A stretch of 63,958 bases of DNA, the filler included, from Octopus bimaculoides (taxonomy: Eukaryota): NCBI RefSeq assembly GCF_001194135.2. It is 8 parts of 8 records of this genome, joined end to end, with 100 filler letters (N's around TTAATTAATTAA, not from the genome) between each part and the next. Parts side by side here need not be neighbours in the genome. Positions count along the whole stretch, not along the records: positions 40,797 to 54,987 come from NC_068982.1; positions 55,088 to 61,083 come from NC_069010.1; positions 61,184 to 62,711 come from NC_068985.1; positions 62,812 to 63,958 come from NW_026379779.1; 4 more parts are not named here. One strand, given 5' to 3'. The notes under the pieces were generated by a model. The model was not told the origin of the DNA, ran no database searches, and was given only the letters and a program-made list of their open reading frames with translations. Position numbers and translations under genes: made by a program. Position 1 is the stretch's first letter. Each line of letters starts with the position of its first letter. This document shows positions 54,005-63,958 of this stretch, one piece after another.

Positions 54005-54499
54005 TAAGAACATCCAGTTTTAGAAATTCTGGTTCAACATACAAGTATGGGTAAGTGGACGTAAAACAGTGATGATATCTGTGTATACAAAGACATTTGG
54101 ACATGTACAAGCATGTGGTTGCTGCCCGACCACATGGTTATGGGTTCAGTCCCACTGTGTGGCATCTCGGACAAGTGCCTTCTACTTTGACCTTGGACTG
54201 GTCAAAGCTTTGTGAGTGGATTTGGTAGACGGAAACTGAGAGAAGCCCATCATATGTGTGTGTGTGTGTGTGTGTATGTGTCTGTATTTGTTTCTCTCCA
54301 CTGCTTTATAGCCGGTGTTGGTTTGTTTACATCTCTGTAACATTAGAAGTTCAGCAAAAGAGATGAATAGGATAGGGACCAGGCTTGAAAAAAAAGACAA
54401 AAATAAAGGGTTTCAGGATTGATTCATTTGACGGGAAAAGAAAAATTCTTCAAGGCAGTGCTCCAGCATGGCCGCAATTTTATGACTGAAGCGAGTAAA

Positions 54500-54987
54500 A
54501 GATGCATACACACGCACATACACACTTATATACACATACACACCTATACACAGACACACCTGTATGCGCGCGCACACACACACACACACACTTATACACA
54601 CACACCTATACGCACACTCTCTATCACACACACACATACATACACACACTCTCATCCACACACTCTCTCTCACACAGACATACACACACACACACACCTA
54701 TACACACACACTCTCTCTCTCACATGCACACCTATACACACACTCTCTCACACGCACACACACCTATACACACATTCTCTCACACACACACCTATACACA
54801 CATTCTCTCTCACACACACACTCTCTCTCTCACACGCACACGCACACACACACACACCTATACACACATTCTCTCTCTCACACACACACACGCACACACA
54901 CACCTATACACACACTCTCTCACACACATTCTCTCTCTCTCACACACACACACTCTCACACATTCTCTCACACACACACCTATACAC
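54500..54987. repeat. Complex (CA)/(CT)-derived minisatellite
   Basis: Repeated cacacctatacacaca(ttctctct) blocks. Confidence 0.8.
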
Positions 54988-55087
54988 NNNNNNNNNNNNN
55001 NNNNNNNNNNNNNNNNNNNNNNNNNNNNNNNTTAATTAATTAANNNNNNNNNNNNNNNNNNNNNNNNNNNNNNNNNNNNNNNNNNNN
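54988..55087. other. Unsized scaffold join marker (44 N + TTAATTAATTAA + 44 N)
   Basis: Identical 100-bp construct seven times; linkers at 11157, 29982, 35445, 40741, 55032, 61128 and 62756. Confidence 0.95.
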
Positions 55088-55119
<32 letters not shown>

Positions 55120-55346
55120 GACAGACTTCTTTCAATTTCCACCTACTAAATCCATCCACACAGCTTTTGTCAGCCCATGGCTATAGTGGAAGACACTTGC
55201 CCCAGGTGCCAGCGATATGATACGATTGAACCTAGAACCATGTGGTTGGGAAGCAAACTTATTACCACTCTGTCACATTAAAACTAATTGCATCTTTTGG
55301 GGTTTTTTTTTTTACCTTACTCTTTCACTCCACTCTTACCTTCCAG

Positions 55347-55655
55347 GATGACATCATATCAAGTTCTGAAGATGAATACTCACTAAATATTGAGGAGCAG
55401 AGACTGGATGGCTTCCACGTGTTACCTGAGGATGCTGGGAGTGACGAAGACGATGAGAGCCTCTGCAGCCAAATGAATTCCCCTCGCAGAGGTGAAGCAA
55501 ATTACATCGACCCAAACGATGTCCTTTGCAGAGGTGAGGAGAATCCACCTCTGAACTGGACCAGCAGCCAATGCAATGATGAAGTGAGGTGTCTTGAAGA
55601 CACTCCTGCTTTGACCGCCACTTCTGATGATCTTGAATGTCTTCAACCTGTTAGT
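55347..55655 (+). CDS. CENPJ: Acidic internal exon, splices in frame to the SAS-4/CPAP PN2-3 exons
   Basis: Acceptor cttaccttccag|, donor AGT|gtgagt; 309 nt, phase 0-0, open: DDIISSSEDEYSLNIEEQRLDGF...LECLQPVS. Assignment rests on phase-compatible adjacency to the next exons, not on its own sequence. Confidence 0.75.
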
Positions 55656-55674
55656 GTGAGTATCTTTTAAAGTT

Positions 55675-56280
55675 ATTTAACCCCAGGTTAAATGTGGTGC
55701 TGTAGACCTCAGATCAAATGTATTCTGACCGAGACCATCTTGTCTTTTATTCAGACATAGTGCATCTAGGAATACATCAACTAATGTGTCCTTCCTTGTC
55801 GTTATTGTTTAACCCCAGGTCAGTTCTAACCCAGCTCAAAGACCTATTCTCAAAGATGTCCAGCTGTGATCATCCCATCTTATACTCAGACACAGTGTAT
55901 CTAGGACTACATCATCTAATTTGCCCTTTCTTGTACTTGTTTAACCCTAGGTCAGCTTTGATCCAGCAGACCTATGATCAAAGGTGTTCCAGCTGTGACC
56001 ATCCTGTCTTATACTCTGACATAGTGTATCTGAGAGTACAATACCTAATGTGCCCATCTTTATTGTTGCTTAATCCATTGTCNNNNNNNNNNCAGCAGAC
56101 CTATGATCAAAGGTGTTCCAGCTGTGACCATCCTGTCTTATACTCTGACATAGTGTATCTGAGAGTACAATACCTAATGTGCCCATCTTTATTGTTGCTT
56201 AATCCATTGTCAATCTTGATCCAGTAGATTTATGATCAAAGATATTCCAGCTATGACCATCCTGTCTTTTATTTAGACAT
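55675..56280. repeat. Divergent tandem repeat, about 130-bp unit, 4-5 copies (one copy probably an assembly duplicate)
   Basis: Recurring tttaaccc(c/t)agg...gacctatgatcaaag...ccagctgtgaccatcc. 55964-56082 is repeated exactly at 56093-56211 across a 10-N gap. Confidence 0.85.
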
Positions 56281-56438
56281 TCAACCATCTTTACATTCTG
56301 AGTTCAAATATCACTGAGGTCTACTTTGCCTTTCATCCATTCAGGGTCTATAAATTAAGTACCAGGGAAACACTGGGGTCAATGTAATCAACTAATCCCT
56401 TCCTCAAAATTTCAGTCCTTGTGCCTTTAGCAGAAAGG

Positions 56439-56492
<54 letters not shown>

Positions 56493-57161
56493 GTTATTAT
56501 TTTATGTTTGACTTTTGCTTTGCATTTGTACAAGTTGGATCCAAGTCTCACCCAGAGACCTCAAGAGACAACAAGTTAGAAGTTCATGTAGGTGTTATGC
56601 CTAGGGTACCATATATTTGGATTTGTACATAGTGTTGTTCTAGAGAATGTTTAAGAAACCATAAGAAAATTATGTGTTTGTTTTAAAATTTGAGATCACA
56701 TAGACAGTATTTTACGTAGGATATGGGCAGTTCCCAGGAGCACTATCTTTTGAACTTCAGCCATTTTGGGGTTTCCTGGTATCTGAGCTAGGTAGCAATC
56801 AGCCCGTTTTGCTGTCATTCCCAGGGCACCTATGACATTATTATTATTATTATTATTATTATTAAGGCAACGAGCTGCCAGGATTGATAGCACACTGGAC
56901 AAAATGCTTTACAGCATTTCATTTATCTTTACATTGTGAGTTCAAATTCTGTCAAAGCTGACTTTGTCTTTCATCCTTTCGGGGTCGATAAAATAAGTAC
57001 CAGTTTAAGCTCTGGAATCAGTGCAGTCCACAAGTGCCCTTCCTCCAAAATTGCTGGCCTTGTGCCCATAGTAGAAAAGATTATTATAATTGTTACTGCT
57101 ACTACTACTACTACTACTACTGCTACTGCTGCTACAGCTGTTACTATTTCCTTTGTTTCAG

Positions 57162-57213
57162 GTAAATTCCTCTAACCTTGATGACGAGCGACCAATCACA
57201 TCGGAAATTGGGC
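57162..57213 (+). CDS. CENPJ: SAS-4/CPAP exon, start of PN2-3 (DERPI motif)
   Basis: Acceptor ctttgtttcag|, donor GGGC|gtgagt; 52 nt, phase 0-1. VNSSNLDDERPITSEIG resembles CPAP EERPIKAAIG. Confidence 0.85.
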
Positions 57214-57426
57214 GTGAGTATAGTTAACAGCATGGTCACTTTGAACATACACATACATACATTCATTGCATGCTAAATACATGGATAGGTATATTTATTT
57301 ATTTATTTATGGATTTCAGCCAAGTAGCTGCGGTCATGCTGGAGCACCACCGTGACTTTCCGTCTTTATGCTGTGCTCTCTTCACGTTCCTTGCATGGCT
57401 CTTCTCCTCCACCTGATATGGTCCAA

Positions 57427-57625
57427 TCAAGAGTTTTGATGGCACATCTGGTGTATAAGAGAATTTGACACCGCTGCTCTAAACTGTGTCTCATTTCGAG
57501 CCATTGGTTCGTCTGGTATCGTGGAGAAGAAAGCGTCGAGTTTTGTTTTGAAGACCTCTATATCCATGTCTTGCAGGTCTCTCAAATGTTTTGGCAGGGC
57601 ATTAAAGAGCTGAGGTCCTCTGAAA
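57427..57625 (-). mobile_element. CR1/L2-group LINE 3' end
   Basis: FRGPQLFNALPKHLRDLQDMDIEVFKTKLDAFFSTIPDEP...RAAVSNSLIHQ*, typical GP.LFN.LP...FK.KLD.FL C-terminus. Confidence 0.8.
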
Positions 57626-57948
57626 CCGATATATATATATATGAAACTTGTGTAGGAATTAAAGGAACTTTTATTTATATACGTTTTGCTCCATTTATTA
57701 TTATTATTATTCATATCTTCTCAAAATGTATCACTTTAACTTGGTATCTCTACCTGTAAAACGGCTGTGATATCTTGGTTTCTAGTGTAATTTTGCTACC
57801 TCTGGTAACTATTAACATATTTACATTATCAAAGGTTTTTTTTAAAAACTGAGATAATATTAATATATACATAAACTTATATATATATATATATATATAT
57901 ATTTGTTTTGCAAGATTTTTGATGTGAAATCGGGTGTTGAAACAGATG

Positions 57949-58320
57949 TTGTTGTACTTGGGGATGGTCATATTGCCAGTTTAGCCAATAAAAACACACG
58001 CACTGTATATTTGGTGTTAATTTGCTTCAGCTTTATATTACATTAATCTTAATCTTATTTCGGCCANNNNNNNNNNNNNNNNNNNNNNNNNNNNNNNNNN
58101 NNNNNNNNNNNNNNNNNNNNNNNNNNNNNNNNNNNNNNNNNNNNNNNNNNNNNNNNNNNNNNNNNNNNNNNNNNNNNNNNNNNNNNNNNNNNNNNNNNNN
58201 NNNNNNNNNNNNNNNNNNNNNNNNNNNNNNNNNNNNNNNNNNNNNNNNNNNNNNNNNNNNNNNAAATATACAGTGCGTGTGTTTTTATTGGCTAAACTGG
58301 CAATATGACCATCCCCAAGT

Positions 58321-58327
<7 letters not shown>
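57949..58327. repeat. Perfect 64-bp inverted repeat flanking a gap (MITE or artefact)
   Basis: 57949-58012 is the exact reverse complement of 58264-58327. Confidence 0.85.
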
Positions 58328-58361
<34 letters not shown>

Positions 58362-58643
58362 CACAAAATAAAATTCAGAAAATGGAGATGTAGCATTGAT
58401 ATAATTTATTAACTGCAAAACAACCTATAACCCACTGGCCCAGATTTATACCAATATTAGCAACTAAATGATATTCATGTTGAGATGATTTGGAAACATA
58501 ACACCTAATAACCTAACAGTATGTCTTTTCTACTCCTCTAATGGAGTAATTTCAGACCTTGTACCTATGATGGAAAGGATTATTATTATTATTATTATTA
58601 TTATTATCATCATCATCATCATCATCATCACCACCACCATCAC

Positions 58644-58688
<45 letters not shown>

Positions 58689-59315
58689 TATTATTATTAT
58701 TATTATTATTATTAAGGTAGCGAGCGGGCAGAATTGTTAGCACACCAGACAAAATGCTTAGTAGCATTTTGTCTGTCTTTACATTCTGAGTTCAAATTCC
58801 ACTGAGGTCGACTTTGCCTTTCATCCTTTCGGGGTCAATAAATAAAGTACCAGTGAAACACTGGCGGGGTCAATGTAATTGACTTAATCCACTCCTGCAA
58901 GCTGCCCTTGTGGCAAAAAATTTGAAATCATCATCATCATCATCATTATTATTATTAAGGGAGCAAGCCGGGTGAAGTGCTTTACAGCATTTCATCTGCC
59001 TTTACGTTCTGAGTTCAAATTCTGCCAAGGTCAACTTTGCCTTTCCTCTTTTTGAGAGTCGATAAATTAGGTACCAGTGAAACACTGGGGTCAGTGTACT
59101 TGACTAGTCCCTTCCCCGCAAATTTCTCATCTTGTGCCTTTTGTAGAAAGTATTCATCATCATCGTCATCATCGTCGTTTAACGTCTGCTTTCCATGCTA
59201 GCATGGGTTGGACGATTTGACTGAGGACTGGTGAAACCAGATGGCTACACCAGGCTCCAATCTGATTTGGCAGCGTTTCTACAGCTGGATGCCCTTCCTA
59301 ACGCCAACCACTCAG

Positions 59316-59356
<41 letters not shown>

Positions 59357-59649
59357 CATTATTATTATTATTATCATCATGTAAGGCAGCAAGCTGGCAG
59401 AATCCTTAGCACACCAGGCGAAATGCTTAGTGGTATTTTGTCTGTCTTTGCGTTCTGAATTCAAATTCTGTCAATGTCAACTTTGCCTTTCATCCTTTGA
59501 GCACTGGGGGTCGATGTAATCGACTTACCCCCTTCCCCAAATTTACTGGCATAAAAGCGACGGTAGTGGTGATGTGGTGGTGTGCTCCGTTAATATTCTT
59601 TGATGCGGAAAAAGCAGTTGATTAAAAACCAAAATTTCCTCAATTCCAG

Positions 59650-59696
59650 GTGCAAAGACATTTCAACAATTACTCGAAGAAGAATTACAGAAAGAG
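59650..59696 (+). CDS. CENPJ: SAS-4/CPAP exon, PN2-3 helix
   Basis: Acceptor tcctcaattccag|, donor GAG|gtacgt; 47 nt, phase 1-0. (R)AKTFQQLLEEELQKE resembles CPAP KQTFEDYLEEQIQLEE. Confidence 0.87.
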
Positions 59697-60593
59697 GTAC
59701 GTGGAATTTTTTTATTCTTTGCAATTGGGTGCCTATTGTGGTGGCAGCTTAAAAAATTCATTGTCATCATCATTATTGAGTGAGAGAGCAGCACACACCA
59801 TCAAATTGACACTGCGGTACAAATATACGAAGCCCACTATACCCATCATGATTATCCATCTGACAAGAGTACATCAGGCACATGCATCACAACCATATGG
59901 GCACACCATGGTGATCTCATATCAATACAAACAGTGCATGACCTTGCAGGTAGAACTCAGAATTTTCTTTACGTCATGTTGCCCATCTTGCTCAAAAGGT
60001 TCCCGAATAAGGGTTGTTTCAGGATGTTGAATGAAACATGCATATTTCTGGGAGCGAATTATCCAAACCCCCAAAGAATTCCTCTCAACACATGGTTATG
60101 ATGCTGCTCCCCAACTACTCCTGCTCATGATCAGAGATGCACATATCGTCAGCTACTAAGTGACATGACTGGTTAAGGTCAAGCAAACCGACAAGTAAAT
60201 CTCTGATATTAAGCAGAGTATTTTTTATAGCCCATCTTTTACACTGAGATGAAACATGTACATGATAACACTTGTGTGTTTACGTCCCCCGTAACTTAGC
60301 GGTTCGGCAAAAGAGACAGATAGAATAAGTACTAGGCTTACAAAGAATAAGTCCTAGGGTCGATTTGCTCGACTAAAAGGCGGTGCTCCAGCATGGCCGC
60401 AGTCAAATGACTGAAACAAGTAAAAGAGTAAAGAGTAAAGAGTAGATAACCACAACCAAATATTTATTTGTGTGCTACCATTTTACATCAGATGTGTATA
60501 CCTATATCATAACAACAACAATAATAATAATAATAATAATAATAGAAATAATAATGTTAATAAATAACATCATCTGATTGTATCTCTTTACAG

Positions 60594-60833
60594 AAGCCCT
60601 TCCCTTCATCTCTCCAAGCCAACCCAAAGAGGAATTTCCTGCGGCGTGGGGAAGGCATTGCACGGTTCAATCCACCGCCCAACGAGAAATCAATTCAGAG
60701 ACATGTACAGAGAAGTAACAATCGATCAAAGTCCAGTTCTACTCCACACCGCACTTTGCCATTATTGCTAGAAGACCAAACTGTTCCTAAAAGACCTATC
60801 TCTCAGCCAGTCCTGTCTCGGAATAAATCAAAG
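60594..60833 (+). CDS. CENPJ: SAS-4/CPAP exon with tubulin-binding FLKRGEG-type motif
   Basis: Acceptor tatctctttacag|, donor AAG|gtaacc; 240 nt, phase 0-0. KPFPSSLQANPKRNFLRRGEGIARFNPPP... matches CPAP PKQPFLKRGEGLARF. Confidence 0.9.
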
Positions 60834-61230
60834 GTAACCATTTCTTACTTCTTATACTCTTTTACTTGTTTCAGTCATTTGACTGTGGCCATGCTGGAGC
60901 ACCGCCTTCAGTCGAGCAAATTGACCCCAGGACTTATTCTTTGTAAGCCTAGTACTTATTCTATCGGTCTCTTTTTTGCCGAGCCGCTAAGTTACGGGGA
61001 CGTAAACACACCAGCATCGGTTGTCAAGCGATGCTGGGGAGACAAACACAGACACACAAACATATACACACACATACATATATNNNNNNNNNNNNNNNNN
61101 NNNNNNNNNNNNNNNNNNNNNNNNNNNTTAATTAATTAANNNNNNNNNNNNNNNNNNNNNNNNNNNNNNNNNNNNNNNNNNNNTATATACACACACATAT
61201 ATACACACATATATATATATATAAATAGAC

Positions 61231-61276
<46 letters not shown>

Positions 61277-62058
61277 TCCAGGGATTGAGGTGTAGAAGAA
61301 AGTTAGCTTCAAGCAATCTGTAGTAAATATAAAAATGTAACTTTCAGGGACCATAGTGGTTTATTGAGACAGAATGTAGTGGATTATTTTGGTATCGAAG
61401 TACGACAAACTGAAAAAAAGTTCTTTTTATATTTTACGGTTGGCGACTTGGTATACGAACAAGAATACAAGAGTTATAGAATGGAGTTGATAAAATCCGG
61501 GCTCACATGTTTCATAGCGAGTGGAATCTCAGAATTTGTAAATACCCTTGGCCTCAAGAGTAGCCTGCGGTACACACCTCGCCTCTATATTTACCACCTC
61601 TGAGGGTCCGCTCGCTCTGAAATATATGTAGCCCAGATCGTATCTACTCTAATTTTCTTATAGATCTCTTTTAAATGTCATATATATATTCAGCGACAAA
61701 AGTATGCGACCAGCCAAGTTAATCTTCATTAGTTAACAAAGACTTATGACCAAGAGACGGCTTGATAAAGCCAAAAATAGAGTTAAGCATAAGCCATAAG
61801 ATAAAGAAATCTAGTTTGTTTGTTCTATGACACTTAGCATAGTCACGAGTGTATGAGAATGTCATGTGGTTACTTTCTCTCTGCCGATAACATGTATAAT
61901 TTAAACTATTATACAGTATGTGTAAATACACACCTTCACATACAAGCACGCACATTAATAGTGATTGCATATACGGACACAAACACTTTGGAAGTTTATG
62001 TGTGTGTGTCAGCGTGCGTGCATGCGTGTGTGTGTGTGTGTGCGTGAGTGCATATATA

Positions 62059-62264
62059 CGAGGGATGCTGAAAACTTCTTGGCTTTGGGCAAAAGAAAAT
62101 ACAGGAGGATAAGTTAATAATGATTTTATTCAACATATTCCCCTCTCAAATTCACACACTTATTGCAGCGGTCTTCAGTTTTTCTAAGCCCTGTAAAAAA
62201 AGGTTGGGCCTCAAACCAGGCCTTTCGTGACACCCTTAAAGTCAGAAACTTTCCACTCCCCTCG
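62059..62264. mobile_element. Mariner-type MITE
   Basis: TA|CGAGGGATGCTGAAAACTTCTTGGCTTT at the left and an imperfect reverse complement ending CCCCTCG at the right; non-coding interior. Confidence 0.65.
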
Positions 62265-62280
62265 CGTTTGCATATATATA

Positions 62281-62498
62281 CTCTTTACTCTCTTTTACTT
62301 GTTTCATTCATTTGACTGCGGCCATGCTGGGGCACCACCTTTTAGTCGAGCAAATCGACCCCAGGACTTATTCTTTGTAAGCCTAGTACTTATTCTACCG
62401 GTCTCTTTTTGCCGAACCGCTAAATTACGGGGACGTAAACACACCATCCTCGGTTGTCAAGCGAAGTTGGGGGGACAAACAAAGACATACAAACATAT

Positions 62499-62529
<31 letters not shown>

Positions 62530-62695
62530 CGACGGGCTTCTTTCAGTTTCCGTCTACCAAATCCACTCACAAGGATTTGGTCGGCCCGAGGCTATAGTAG
62601 AAGACACTTGCCCAAGATGCCACGCAGTGGGACTGAACCCGGAACCATGTGGTTGGTAAGCAAGCTACTTACCACACAGCCACTCCTGCGCCTAT
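62281..62695 (-). mobile_element. Near full-length tRNA-derived SINE (family with ggcgcaggagtggctgtgtggtaag head)
   Basis: Head with B-box-like ggttcagtccc. Related partial copies at about 4160-4350, 11953-12120, 46190-46320, 47490-47600, 52830-52940, 54110-54500, 55115-55270, 60280-60430 and 60850-61080. Confidence 0.8.
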
Positions 62696-63818
62696 ATATA
62701 GGCATATATATNNNNNNNNNNNNNNNNNNNNNNNNNNNNNNNNNNNNNNNNNNNNTTAATTAATTAANNNNNNNNNNNNNNNNNNNNNNNNNNNNNNNNN
62801 NNNNNNNNNNNCAATCAATCAATCAATCAATCAATCAATCCGTCGGTTTGTGCAATATACAGGGAAGGCTTCACTAGTGAGAATGTTATTGCTGATGTAT
62901 ATAAAAAAAGTGTATTCCCAAAAGGTAATTAAATTTACTCGGAGAAAAGTATATGTATATACACACACACGTACGTACGCACTAAAAAATATGCATGCAG
63001 ATATATACCCGTACACACATCACACAGATATACACACATACACATGTATGTATATATGCGTATGTATATACGTCTACATATATACACACATACACATGTA
63101 TGTATATATGTGTATGTATATACGTCTACATATATACACACATACACGCACGTACGTATGAAATGCATATCCACAGACATACATATACACGCTAAATATG
63201 CACACTCCTATTCATACGTATACACATACACACACATACGCACATACACACATATATACACACACATACATACATACACACATACATACAAACATGCACA
63301 CATACATACACACATACATACACACACGNNNNNNNNNNATACATACAAACATGCACACATACATACACACATACATACACACACGCATACATACTTACAT
63401 GCATACACACATACATACATGCATGCATGCATATACATACATACATACATACATGCATACATACATACACACATATATACATACATACATACATACATTC
63501 ATACATTCATACATACATACATATATACATACACACATATACATACATACAATACATGCATACATACGTACATACATACGCACATACATACATGCATGCA
63601 TACATACCCACATACATGCATACACACACACGCACACATACACACACACACTCATATGCACACACAGGCGCGCACACACACACACACGGACATACATATG
63701 AATGAACGAATGAGGTGGAGCTCTATAATGGAACTGGGTCTGGTAGAAACACCTGCCTAATCCTCCTCAAAAGCACTCCCGACTAATACCTTTGGCGAAT
63801 GATCTCTTGCATGCATAG

Positions 63819-63958
63819 ACTGAGAAGGAAAGGGCACGGCAGGAACGCCTTCAATCATGTATCAACGATACTTTCGGGATCATCAAGAAGCGACGACAAT
63901 CCACATCCGACAACTTACCTTCATCATCATCATCATCATCATCAACATCAACATCATC
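63819..63958 (+). CDS. Probable next coding exon (partial, runs off the window), possibly SAS-4/CPAP
   Basis: Acceptor ctcttgcatgcatag| then phase-0 open frame TEKERARQERLQSCINDTFGIIKKRRQSTSDNLPSSSSSSSSTSTS. Phase fits the donor at 60833, but two unsized joins intervene and no diagnostic motif is present. Confidence 0.5.

Noticed and set aside
56093-56211. Exact 119-bp direct repeat as a recent duplication
   Set aside because: The copies abut a 10-N gap, the typical signature of unmerged overlapping contig ends.
55675-56280. CRISPR-like or other prokaryotic arrays
   Set aside because: No short identical repeats with unique spacers anywhere; the sequence is eukaryotic with spliceosomal introns.
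11113-62811. Seven copies of TTAATTAATTAA as a regularly recurring motif
   Set aside because: Always centred in exactly 44+44 Ns; an artificial all-frame-stop join marker, not biology.

Overview
Eukaryotic, microsatellite-saturated, gap-rich draft assembly. The repeat families and microsatellite load suggest an octopus/cephalopod genome (inference). Almost all ORF-track entries are microsatellite or N-gap artefacts. Supportable host coding content, all on the + strand: (i) an orphan His/Pro-rich terminal exon at 15469-15730, probably a transcription factor; (ii) one RCAN/calcipressin RRM exon at 48640-48813; (iii) SAS-4/CPAP (CENPJ) exons at 55347-55655, 57162-57213, 59650-59696, 60594-60833 and probably 63819-end, including the PN2-3 tubulin-binding motifs. 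No RCAN FLISPP or C-terminal exon and no SAS-4 start exon are visible. The RCAN exon ends in phase 0 and the first SAS-4 exon starts in phase 0, so a chimeric or shared transcription unit is possible, but an unsized scaffold join lies between them. Mobile DNA includes tRNA-derived SINE families, RTE, CR1, Tx1/L1 and Penelope fragments, mariner/Tc1 remnants, a Tigger/pogo fossil, and a Merlin element with 25-bp TIRs and an 8-bp TSD. Several short repeats carry minimal Penelope-type hammerhead ribozyme cores, one inside a tRNA-headed SINE. Repeat copies switch from CpG-rich to CpG-decayed at about 41 kb, consistent with a methylated gene body over the RCAN/SAS-4 region. All protein similarities are from recognition of motifs, not from database searches.
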